From Gammaproteobacteria bacterium (GTDB lineage: Bacteria > Pseudomonadota > Gammaproteobacteria > JBCCGL01): a stretch of 64,000 bases of DNA. This document shows, in pieces, positions 8,821 to 17,662 of the stretch (position 1 is the stretch's first letter; each line of letters begins with the position of its first letter). A program made the translations under genes and the position numbers. The stretch lies in assembly GCA_965277715.1 (NCBI GenBank), contig OZ255836.1:1056001-1120000 (forward strand), in the 5' to 3' direction. The notes below the pieces were generated by a model. The model was not told the DNA's origin. It did not search any database and saw only the letters and a list, made by a program, of their open reading frames with translations.

Positions 8821-10014
8821 CTACTCCATCGCCTCAACAGCCAACGCAATGCCCTGCCCGCCGCCAATGCACATTGTGGCAATCCCATAACGCTTACCCG
8901 TGCGCCGCAGTTCGTGCAGCAGCTTCACGGTAATCACCGCCCCTGTCGCGCCTATCGGGTGCCCCAGAGCAACCGCACCACCGTTTGGATTGACTTTCTC
9001 AGCCGGTAAGCCCAAAGCTTTACTCACGGCACATGCCTGCGCGGCAAACGCTTCGTTGGATTCGACAATATCAATATCGGCAACGCTAAGCCCCGTGCGT
9101 TGCAGCAATAACTGCACAGCCGGTACCGGACCAATCCCCATTTCAGACGGTTCCACCCCGGCGTGCGCATAGCCAAGAATACGCGCCATAGGTTGACAAC
9201 CACGCTGTTCTGCCAGTGCACGATCCATCAACACCAACGCCGCAGCACCATCATTCAGGCCAGAGGCATTGCCCGCCGTCACAGTGCCGTTTTCTTTTTG
9301 AAAGGCCGGGCGCAACTTTACCAAGTCATCGATAGTCGCGTTTTCACGCACATGCTCGTCTTGTTTGAACACACTCACCTGGCCACGGCGTTTCAGCTCC
9401 ACCGGCATAATTTGTGTTTCAAACCAACCTTGCTGGATGGCATTAGCCGCCCGGCGGTGACTTTCCAGCGCAAACTCATCCTGCTGTTCCCGGCTAATAC
9501 CCCATTTTTTCGCCACATTTTCAGCGGTGATCCCCATATGCCCATGGCCAAAGGGGTCGTGCAGGGCCGCCATCATCATATCCACGGCAGTACTATCGCC
9601 GAGACGTTGGCCCCAACGCATAGCCGGTAACAAATGGCCTGCTCGGCTCATGTTCTCGGCGCCACCGGCAAGTGCCACTTTTGCATCACCGAGCATAATC
9701 GCCTGCGCAGCGGAGACAATCGCCTGAATACCGCTCCCACACAAACGATTAACCGTTAGCGCGGGCGTCTCTTTGGGAATGCCTGCATTGATTGCTGCAA
9801 CGCGTGAGATATACATATCACGCGCCTCGGTGTGGATCACATTACCCAATACCACATGGCCCACGGCTTCAGGCTCTACTTCTGCGCGTTTTAATGCCTC
9901 ACTACACACCAATTGTCCCAACTCACAAGGTGATTTGTCTTTCAGGCTACCACCAAAACCGCCCACCGCCGTGCGTACGCCATTGACAATTACCACTTCA
10001 TTAATGCTGGACAT
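8821..10014 (-). CDS. Acetyl-CoA C-acyltransferase (beta-ketothiolase, BktB-like)
   Basis: VNRLCGSG, NEAFAAQ, GHPIGATG, MCIGGGQG motifs. Confidence 0.95.
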   Translation of the reverse strand: MSSINEVVIVNGVRTAVGGFGGSLKDKSPCELGQLVCSEALKRAEVEPEAVGHVVLGNVIHTEARDMYISRVAAINAGIPKETPALTVNRLCGSGIQAIVSAAQAIMLGDAKVALAGGAENMSRAGHLLPAMRWGQRLGDSTAVDMMMAALHDPFGHGHMGITAENVAKKWGISREQQDEFALESHRRAANAIQQGWFETQIMPVELKRRGQVSVFKQDEHVRENATIDDLVKLRPAFQKENGTVTAGNASGLNDGAAALVLMDRALAEQRGCQPMARILGYAHAGVEPSEMGIGPVPAVQLLLQRTGLSVADIDIVESNEAFAAQACAVSKALGLPAEKVNPNGGAVALGHPIGATGAVITVKLLHELRRTGKRYGIATMCIGGGQGIALAVEAME

Positions 10015-10143
10015 AGAGTATTTTCCTGTGATCGAAAGAGGGAAGTAAGTTGAGTCAACAGAAGCATCATTAGCCTAGAAACAACTTAGCAGATAAATCT
10101 GCCGTAAATTATAATCATTATTTTTAGCAAATCGAAGGTCATT

Positions 10144-10905
10144 ATGCCGCTACTCAACTACACACGTGCCGGTGAAGGTTTCCCTCTGGTACTACAGCAC
10201 GGCTACTTTGGCGGTGCGTCGATGTGGGGCGAACAAATGGATTACTTCAAATTCCAATTTGATGTCATAGCGCCGAACCTGGCCGGGTTTGGCGACAGCG
10301 CTGCACTACAGGCACCCGATTCAATCCCCGACTGTGCCCAACAGGTATTTGACTTGCTCGACTCGCTGGGTATCGAACAATTCTTTCTACTGGGCCATTC
10401 GATGGGCGGCATGGTTGTACAACAGATGGCTGCCATGCAGTGTCAACGCATCAAAAAACTGATTTGTTACGGGACAGGCCCGGTCGGTGTACTGCCTGAT
10501 CGCTTTGAAACACTCGATGAATCACGCCGACGCCTACACACCGATGGGCTGGAAACCAGCGCCCGGAGAATCGCCGCAACCTGGTTTGTCGAAGGAGAAA
10601 ATGCACGTGGCTTTCCCGTTTGTGAAACAGTGGGTAAAAAAGCCACGATGCAGGCGGCGCTGGCCAGCCTGAGTGCCTGGGAAAAATGGAACGGCAGTGA
10701 CGCTTTAGCGACGATCAGCTGCCCAGCCCTGGTGTTATGGGGAGACCGTGACCGCTCTTATGGCTGGCAACAACCGCAGGCGCTTTGGCAGGGTATTCCC
10801 GATAGCTACCTGGCGGTAATGCCGGGGTGTGCGCATAACGCACATATGGAAAAACCAGCACTGTTTAATGCTATTGTTAAGGATTTTTTAAAACCAGCAG
10901 ACTAA
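10144..10905 (+). CDS. Alpha/beta fold hydrolase
   Basis: LQHGYFGG, GHSMGG nucleophile elbow, C-terminal AHNAHMEKP. Confidence 0.9.
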   Translation: MPLLNYTRAGEGFPLVLQHGYFGGASMWGEQMDYFKFQFDVIAPNLAGFGDSAALQAPDSIPDCAQQVFDLLDSLGIEQFFLLGHSMGGMVVQQMAAMQCQRIKKLICYGTGPVGVLPDRFETLDESRRRLHTDGLETSARRIAATWFVEGENARGFPVCETVGKKATMQAALASLSAWEKWNGSDALATISCPALVLWGDRDRSYGWQQPQALWQGIPDSYLAVMPGCAHNAHMEKPALFNAIVKDFLKPAD

Positions 10906-11206
10906 GCAAATCTTTAGATCTAAATCATGTAGCGAGATCCACTTAAATAGCAAGCAAGTGATAAAACCTCATTTGCTAAATTATTAATTAGGCAAATATA
11001 GGCATGTCGTCACTTGAAACACAGAGTCTAGTACCTGGCGTTGAGAAATTATTCAGAGGTATACTTAACCCATCTTTGACACTCATTCTTAAAAATTTAA
11101 ATTACAACAATGAGTTAAATTTTTTTGTTCAGTCAATTAACATTTGTACCACCCTCCCAGGTTTGTTGATATTTCCAACCCATCACTCTCGCAACGGGCA
11201 GGCTCA

Positions 11207-11690
11207 ATTCTTTCTACTGCCAAATGGCTCAGGAAGTGTTCAAGATATCCTGTTTCAAGCTGGTTAATGGATTTATCCAGATGCTGACTGAAAAAACGCT
11301 TGGCCCAATGTATATAAGACAGCTCCGTGCGAATGGCGTATTGCCGCGTGCGGATCAAAGTACGCATTGCATCGAGTGTTTCTCCATTAAGGGCATGCAC
11401 CGCAGTATTATGTATCGGCCTTGGTTTTTCCCTGGGTAATTTCCCAGGGTAATTTCCCTGGGTAGCTTCCCTGGAGACTCGGGCAATAGACAGATGATCA
11501 ACCGGCAGATCGCGCACAGTATTTTTCCAACTATCCCAGTTGAATAAACTGCTCCAATCGAGTTTGACGACATCCACCAGCATAATTTCTATTGCGTGTA
11601 ATAGCTGCGCATATTGCCAGTCCAGCATCCAACTCTGGCGGCCTGTTCCCCGTAAGTAGCCCGTTAGTTCGCTTCATTGATCTTGCTTCG
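11207..11690 (-). pseudogene. intI: Integron integrase N-terminal remnant (SAM-like domain; catalytic domain missing)
   Basis: MRTLIRTRQYAIRTELSYIHWAKRF...FLSHLAVER matches the IntI N-terminus. It is preceded by the LTGYL..GRQ..DWQY..W extension of long IntIs, has an in-frame stop upstream, and similarity ends after LAVER. Confidence 0.8.
11428..11479. repeat. 13-bp tandem repeat x4
   Basis: TTCCCTGGGTAAT, TTCCCAGGGTAAT, TTCCCTGGGTAGC, TTCCCTGGAGACT. Confidence 0.85.
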
Positions 11691-11734
11691 TGCTGTGGCT
11701 ACTGATTTTGTAGATATTCAAAAGACTAGACAGA

Positions 11735-11907
11735 TTCTGTATAGTCCTTTAACCTAAATTCCGCAGTTGAATCGTAGCGAGGGCGTCTAGGGTGCTGAAG
11801 CTGAAATGCTGGTAAAAGCGCTTTAGATTCTGTGCATCAGGTGCTCGCAGTAGATTCAACTGCGGAATTTAGGTTAACGTCGTGTTCTGTATAGTCAACT
11901 GTTATAT
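11735..11907 (+). other. Putative attI site interrupted by the MITE
   Basis: Direct repeat TTCTGTATAGTC at 11735 and 11885 and a GTTATAT core at 11901, between the divergent intI remnant and the first cassette. Confidence 0.55.
11753..11873. mobile_element. 121-bp MITE
   Basis: Perfect 21-bp terminal IRs CCTAAATTCCGCAGTTGAATC / GATTCAACTGCGGAATTTAGG, with TTAA on both flanks. Confidence 0.85.
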
Positions 11908-11955
11908 TTCAGTGTCTCCCATAACTTGTGAGAGTTTTTAAACTCAGGAGTAGTA

Positions 11956-12501
11956 ATGAAGAAAGTAAGTATAATTTTATGTTTTTTAATGTTGAGTGCA
12001 TGTTCATCTCTTAAAGTGGCAAAAGTCGATCCAAAAACAGGGTATTTCCCAAGTGAAACCAAAGCAACAGTTGTTGTAAACAAAGCAGTGGACTTAGACC
12101 AACGAAATTCATTAATTTTAGTCGCGAACTCCGATTTCGAAGAAAATCAAATTCGGAATATAAACTATTTTAAAGAAGTCATTACTTTTGAGGATCTCGA
12201 AGCAATAATTGTCAGAAATGATTTAGGTGATAAAGTACCATCTATTAAAGATCGTATTGGAATTAATAATGCAGCGAAGCACTATAAACCGTTCTTATGG
12301 TTTAGATTTGATACAAGAGGTTCAGGTAACGACGAGTATGCTCAGTTTATTCTTACCGATCCATTAACGTTAGAGGACTATTTTGTAACTGAAACTCACT
12401 TAGATCGCATTTGGTCAGGTGTAAATGACCAGAGCAACTGGTATCCGATGTATAATTCTTTTATTGATTACATTAAAGAGCATTCCAAATCGTATAAGTA
12501 A
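11956..12501 (+). CDS. Hypothetical lipoprotein, integron gene cassette
   Basis: Lipobox LSAC, AGGAG RBS, AT-rich; bounded by GTTATAT (11901) and an attC-like site. Confidence 0.75.
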   Translation: MKKVSIILCFLMLSACSSLKVAKVDPKTGYFPSETKATVVVNKAVDLDQRNSLILVANSDFEENQIRNINYFKEVITFEDLEAIIVRNDLGDKVPSIKDRIGINNAAKHYKPFLWFRFDTRGSGNDEYAQFILTDPLTLEDYFVTETHLDRIWSGVNDQSNWYPMYNSFIDYIKEHSKSYK

Positions 12502-12504
12502 AAA

Positions 12505-12558
12505 ACATAACAAATAAGGATAAGTTGTGCGCAGCCGCGCCTTATTCTATTGTTGAAC
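12505..12558 (+). other. attC-like recombination site
   Basis: ACATAAC...imperfect hairpin (AACAAATAAGGATAAG / CTTATTCTATTGTT)...GTTGAAC right after the stop. ACATAAC is near-complementary to the cassette-start GTTATAT. At 54 bp it is short for an attC. Confidence 0.62.
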
Positions 12559-12953
12559 GAACCTGTTCAAACCGATGTTGACTTTCTTAATAAGGAAACA
12601 AATACCGTTTTTTTCAGTGGGACGACAACATGATGTATTGTTGTCGTTTTTACAAGGCGAACGTAGGCCTCGTCCGTTGTAGCGATTTAAAAAAATCGTG
12701 TTAACTCATACGATTCACTGCCCTGCAAAGTGTGCTGTAAAAGTAAATAAATGAACACTTCACCGCGCAGTATTCGGATAGTCAAGGCGATATTCGGGTC
12801 GAAAAAAAGGGGATTGGGTAATCCGCATGGAGTGATACCGGTAGAGCTGGAGGCTGCGTTTATATGAAAGCACTTCGGTGGATAAAATGCCTGACAACTT
12901 TTGCTTGCGAACTTAGTTATGATAACGATATTAGCTGATCAGAGCATAGCGAT

Positions 12954-13211
12954 ATGGCACAAGCACTACAGGCGAGCGTAAGCTTTGATGAGTATTTAGC
13001 CGGTGAGCGTGACGTTGATTCGCGTAGTGAATACACTGGTGGTGAAGTCTACGCAATGGCTGGGACCAGTGAACGACATAATACAATCGCTGGTGATTTT
13101 GTCGAGGTGTTATCTCAATCGACCCGGCGCACTGATTTGAAGGACATGCTTAATTATATTCAAACGAACATAAACCTGTTTAAACACATCACTCAGAAAG
13201 CCACCAGATAG
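12954..13211 (+). pseudogene. Uma2-family endonuclease, internally deleted
   Basis: EYLAGE...SEY..GEVYAMAGTSERHNTI is joined directly to VEVLSQSTRRTD; the central PD region and C-terminus are absent. Confidence 0.8.
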
Positions 13212-13395
13212 ATCACACTTCATCCTATTAATCGCTGAAGAAAAGCTACTGACACAGCTACAACCAAACATATCAACGGTCACTTTCAACGGCATACCAC
13301 CCCGTTGCGGACCGCAGTATGCGGTCACTTTGCGGGGGCGGTTCGCTCGTTGCCTTCCCTATTGGCGGGTCAGTATATCGCTTGCGTCAACTTCA

Positions 13396-13821
13396 TTAGC
13401 TTAAAATTTCTTTCAGTTTATCTAAAATATTGCACCAACCACTTTCATGATTACCTCTACTCTCTTCGTCAATAAATTTGACATGAGTAAGTTCAACGTT
13501 GGTTTTATTTTCACCTAAAGCGTGAAAAACCAAGGTAACCGTGCTGCCATCTGTTGAAAATGGAGACACCCAGGTAAATACTAATTTATTTGGTCGGCTA
13601 ACTTCCAGATACTTACCCGTATGCGGTATTTTGTTTTCGCCGACTTGCATGATGATCGTAAAATTTCCGCCTTCACAAGCATCGGCTTCGATATGGGGTT
13701 GCGGCATACCTGGCATCGGTAGTATAAATTGCGACAGAAGTGCTGGGTTTAACCACGCATCAAATACTTTTTCGATAGGCGCATTAATCGTTTTTTTTAC
13801 ATTTACAGTTAAATCAGTCAT
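13396..13821 (-). CDS. SRPBCC/AHSA1 domain protein
   Basis: INAPIEKVFDAW, GKYLEV..PNKLVFTW, HESGW..LDKL. Confidence 0.9.
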   Translation of the reverse strand: MTDLTVNVKKTINAPIEKVFDAWLNPALLSQFILPMPGMPQPHIEADACEGGNFTIIMQVGENKIPHTGKYLEVSRPNKLVFTWVSPFSTDGSTVTLVFHALGENKTNVELTHVKFIDEESRGNHESGWCNILDKLKEILS

Positions 13822-14161
13822 TCTTTATATCTCTCTGATTCAAAACATCATCCAGTCTTTCTAAGCGTAATGCCCAAATCGATTTTAGTTCTCTGAACCA
13901 ATTACTAACCAAATTAACATGTTCCAGGTTTGCTTCAATCCAATGGGTTCTACCTTTTGTCTTTCTTGTTACCAGTTCCGCTTTTTCGAGAACCTTTATA
14001 TGCTTGGATATTGCGTTTAGTGACATATCATAATAATTGGCTAAGTCTGTTACACGGCTGGGGCCTTGTTGGCAGATCTGCGTTAAGAGAGAACGACGTG
14101 TTGTATCGCTCACAGCCTTTAACAATTCAGAAAGGAATACATCATTCGCATTTTCCACCAT
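13814..14161 (-). CDS. ArsR/SmtB family transcriptional regulator
   Basis: AVSDTTRRSLL...SKHIKVLEKAELV; overlaps the SRPBCC gene. Confidence 0.9.
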   Translation of the reverse strand: MVENANDVFLSELLKAVSDTTRRSLLTQICQQGPSRVTDLANYYDMSLNAISKHIKVLEKAELVTRKTKGRTHWIEANLEHVNLVSNWFRELKSIWALRLERLDDVLNQRDIKND

Positions 14162-14192
14162 ATTGCTCAGTATAATTGTTACTCAATTATAG

Positions 14193-14208
14193 TCAACCAT
14201 TTGGTTGA
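14193..14208. promoter_or_regulatory. Probable ArsR operator
   Basis: Palindrome TCAACCA-TT-TGGTTGA about 30 bp upstream of arsR. Confidence 0.65.
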
Positions 14209-14325
14209 ATGTTGTTATAAAAACTGTATTAAAAAAATTATGGGTAAGTACCAGATAGCAGTGTACGGTGCACCTCTCTATTTATTTGCCTGTAAATAGT
14301 TTTATAGAAATCATTTAGTTATCGA

Positions 14326-14982
14326 TTAAAACAAGCGGGATTCAGGTCTAGCCGGTTTAAAAGGTATCTGTGCAGCCCGTTTGGGCACTTGCCCGGCGGT
14401 CGGCCTGAAACCAACCACACCGCAAACCGATGCAGGCGAACGCAATGAACCACCGAGGTCACTGCCATCGACCATTGGCACCAGGTTTGCTGCCAATGCA
14501 GCAGCAGCGCCACCAGAGCTACCTGTTACCGTTTTTGTAGTATCCAGCGGGTTTTTGGTAATGCCAAAAACCGGGTTATCGGTTTGTGCGCCCGAGGCAA
14601 ATTCGGGCGTATTCGATTTGCCAATAACAATAGCCCCCACTCGCCGCGCTCGCTCGACGTGTAGTGCATCCTGTTGTGGGATATGATTTTCAAACAATAG
14701 CGAGCCAAAGGTCGTGCGCACCCCTGCAGTGGGCAAAGTATCTTTTACCGCATACGGCAGGCCATGAAGTACACCGAGTGGCGTATTAGCGGTCGATTGC
14801 CGGTCTGCGCGCCTGGCCTCATCAAACGCACGATCGAGGCATAATGTTACAAGTGCATTGCTATCCGCATTCGCTGCGTCGATGCGCTGCGCATGGGCAT
14901 CCAGCACTTCGACTGCACCAACATCACGGGTACGTAGCTTCGCCACCAGTTGAGAGGCGTTAAGTTGAACAAGCTCATTCAT
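14326..14982 (-). pseudogene. Amidase signature enzyme, C-terminally truncated
   Basis: LHGLPYAVKD, GKSNTPEF, GSSGG, GSDLGGSLRSPA; stops at 218 aa, about half the usual length. Confidence 0.8.
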
Positions 14983-15066
14983 CGACGGAGGAAATGAAGG
15001 ATAGACATCAAATAATTGGCAGCCAGCCCTACTCTCTTTAATGGGTGAAAGCCTTGATGTTAGTCA

Positions 15067-16272
15067 TTAGTCATCTTTAAGGTTTTTCAGGTGCGGATCA
15101 ATCGCATCACGCAAAGCATCACCGATCAGGTTATAGGCAAATACTGTGAGAAAAATAGCACCGCCGGGAAACAGGGCCATCCACCAATAAAATGTCGATG
15201 ACTGCACAGCCTGGCTAAGCATTTGCCCCCAGGAGGGATCATCGATAAGTCCCAACCCCAAAAAACTCAGCGTGGTCTCGGCCAGGATGGCGGAGGCGAC
15301 ACCAAAGCTGCACGCCACCAGTACCGGAGCAATACCGTTTGGCAGCATATGGCGGAATAAGATCGAATGCAACGGCAGACCGCAGACAATCGCCGCCTGT
15401 ACAAACTCCTGTTGGCGCAGGCGCAGAAACTCGGCACGCACGTAGCGCGCATACCCCGGCCAACTGGTGATGCCAATAATCACCATCATCAAATACAGAC
15501 TGCGACCAAAAAATGCGACAAAAGTAAGCAGTAAAAACAACGTGGGAATCGCCTCAAACATTTCAACCAAACGCATACCGAACATATCCAGTACACCGGA
15601 AAAATACCCCATCAAACCACCGATAAGAATACCCAATAACATAGCGATACCCGTGGCGACAAAGCCGATTCCCAGCGCAATGCGCGAGGCGTGAATCATC
15701 CGCGATAAACTGTCGGCACCGTTTTCATCGGTGCCCAGCCAATGTACGCGCTGGGCGTTTTGTAGAGGCGCTTGTAGACCGGTATCCCCGGCATCACGCA
15801 GGTAGTCTTTGGGGGAATACGGGATCGGCGCCTGTAGCACAAATTCATAGCGATCAGACTTAATTGCCTCCCGGTATTGCTGGTAAACAGTCAGTTGTGG
15901 TGGGTCGAGAAAAATACTCCCTATTACGGCACTGGATAATGTCACACCGACCAACCATAAACAGCGTGTACGCCAATGTGAAACACAAAAACAAACCGCC
16001 ACCAGGGTGATAAAGGCACTGAGCAAAGCCACGTCGGGCGTGGATAAGAAATGTAAGACCGGGCTGCTCCACTCACCGTTTTCACGCACCAGTAATGGGT
16101 GGCTGCTGGCCAGAAAGGGGGCGAACACAGCCACCACCACCAGGGATAAAATCCAGGCCAGGCCAAGCCTGGCTCCCCAGCGTGAAAACGATCGGCGCAC
16201 CACGCTATCCGCCCGACTATCGACTGGCCTGGCCGGTGTTTGTGGATGGTTTGAAATGGGAACGTCAGTCAT
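15067..16272 (-). CDS. Peptide ABC transporter permease (OppC/DppC-like)
   Basis: HWLGTD..G.D, EFVQAA, LSFLGLG...SWGQML; start set at MTDVP. Confidence 0.9.
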   Translation of the reverse strand: MTDVPISNHPQTPARPVDSRADSVVRRSFSRWGARLGLAWILSLVVVAVFAPFLASSHPLLVRENGEWSSPVLHFLSTPDVALLSAFITLVAVCFCVSHWRTRCLWLVGVTLSSAVIGSIFLDPPQLTVYQQYREAIKSDRYEFVLQAPIPYSPKDYLRDAGDTGLQAPLQNAQRVHWLGTDENGADSLSRMIHASRIALGIGFVATGIAMLLGILIGGLMGYFSGVLDMFGMRLVEMFEAIPTLFLLLTFVAFFGRSLYLMMVIIGITSWPGYARYVRAEFLRLRQQEFVQAAIVCGLPLHSILFRHMLPNGIAPVLVACSFGVASAILAETTLSFLGLGLIDDPSWGQMLSQAVQSSTFYWWMALFPGGAIFLTVFAYNLIGDALRDAIDPHLKNLKDD

Positions 16273-17647
16273 AGCTGATGCGCGGGTCTGCCAGTGCATA
16301 GCAAATATCAGAGAGCAAATAACCCACCAGGGTGAGCACACCACTGACCAATGTGATTGATAGCACCAGTTCGCGATCCCGCCCCTGCACGGCTTCAATC
16401 GCCAGTTTACCCATGCCATCGATACTGAATATTGATTCGACAATAATCGAACCTGCCAACAATCCCGGTAGTAGGCTGGCCGAGACGGTAATCAAGGGCA
16501 GCAAGCTGTTGCGGAATACGTGGTGCCATAGCACAGTGTGCTCATCCACGCCTTTGGCCCGCGCTGTGCGCGTATAATCCGCCAACAGGTTTTCCAATAC
16601 CGCCGAGCGCATTAACCGTGAGAGGAAGGCAAAACCACCGTAACACAGGCAAAAAGTGGGCAGTATCAAATGCCATAAACGGTCGAATAAAAAACCGCGC
16701 ACAAAATCACCTGTGGCAATTTGCACAGCCAGTAAAACCCCAAAAAACATCCCTATTAGGGCAAAGCATGGCACCCGGATAGCCAACGATGAAGTCGTAG
16801 CCAATGTCGCGCCAATACCGACAAACAACAGTGTTAAGCCGCTGTGAAAGACCACACCAGGATACTGGTTGAGTGCCTGGCACATCATCCAGGCGGCCAG
16901 GGTAGACAAAATCACCATGACAGCAAGCCGCAAAGCGGTGTGTGACGATTTGCCCACTACCAACATTAACGCAAGCGAAACAAGTGTGCTGACAAACAGT
17001 TTTACAACATCGCCGCTGGCCTGCCAATGCGGTAAAAACGGCATATCCAAGGCGCTGCGTTCGCTCAGACCGGCTGTTGGAAACCAGTGCCAGTATTGCT
17101 CGCTGGCAAAAAAACCAATCAACAGTACACCGGCCAGTATGGTCGGCACTGACCAAAAGCCCAGCATCACGATATTTGAACCGACATCGAAGCGCCCACC
17201 GCGCTGGGTGGCAGCGCGCACGCCCACGGTAATCGCAATGATATAGATCAGTGGAATCGCCAGGGCATTGAGTAACAGGGTAATCGGCACGCGCTCGGCA
17301 ATTAAATCCCCCACCGGTCTGCCATAGCGAAAGCTGCGCCCCAGGTTGCTCCCTTTGACAAGTGAAAAACCATCGATTTCACCGTCGGTATTATGGGTAA
17401 AACCAATCGGTGAGACGTTGTTTAACCAACGCAGATATTGCAGCGGTGCGGGGGAGTCCAGGCCATAGCGTTTATTGTAATAATCCTCCAGGGCTTTTTT
17501 GGTTTGTGGTTCCAGGTTTTGCCCTTCCACCAGGCTTTGCGCGCTGATGCCGCCAGGTGACAACGCCATCACAGAAAAGACAATGATGGTGATACCGACC
17601 AGGGTCGGCAACATCAACAATAAACGACGGAGAATATACGTTGACAC
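16265..17647 (-). CDS. Peptide ABC transporter permease (OppB/DppB-like)
   Basis: YILRRLL, DYTRTARAKG, HVFRNSLLP, ESIFSIDGMG. Confidence 0.9.
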   Translation of the reverse strand: MSTYILRRLLLMLPTLVGITIIVFSVMALSPGGISAQSLVEGQNLEPQTKKALEDYYNKRYGLDSPAPLQYLRWLNNVSPIGFTHNTDGEIDGFSLVKGSNLGRSFRYGRPVGDLIAERVPITLLLNALAIPLIYIIAITVGVRAATQRGGRFDVGSNIVMLGFWSVPTILAGVLLIGFFASEQYWHWFPTAGLSERSALDMPFLPHWQASGDVVKLFVSTLVSLALMLVVGKSSHTALRLAVMVILSTLAAWMMCQALNQYPGVVFHSGLTLLFVGIGATLATTSSLAIRVPCFALIGMFFGVLLAVQIATGDFVRGFLFDRLWHLILPTFCLCYGGFAFLSRLMRSAVLENLLADYTRTARAKGVDEHTVLWHHVFRNSLLPLITVSASLLPGLLAGSIIVESIFSIDGMGKLAIEAVQGRDRELVLSITLVSGVLTLVGYLLSDICYALADPRISYD

Positions 17648-17662
17648 AGAATACCCGCCAGA

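Noticed and set aside
11428-11479. Possible CRISPR array
   Set aside because: 13-bp units with no spacers. No repeat-spacer array or cas gene is seen anywhere in the window.
12559-12900. Possible second cassette or IS remnant after attC
   Set aside because: Only short hairpins and a weak IS3-tail-like peptide (PVELEAAFI*); no ORF or second attC can be supported.
13110-13390. 72-aa ORF and GC hairpin (GACCGCA/TGCGGTC)
   Set aside because: No recognisable family; the hairpin lacks attC boxes and is probably a terminator.
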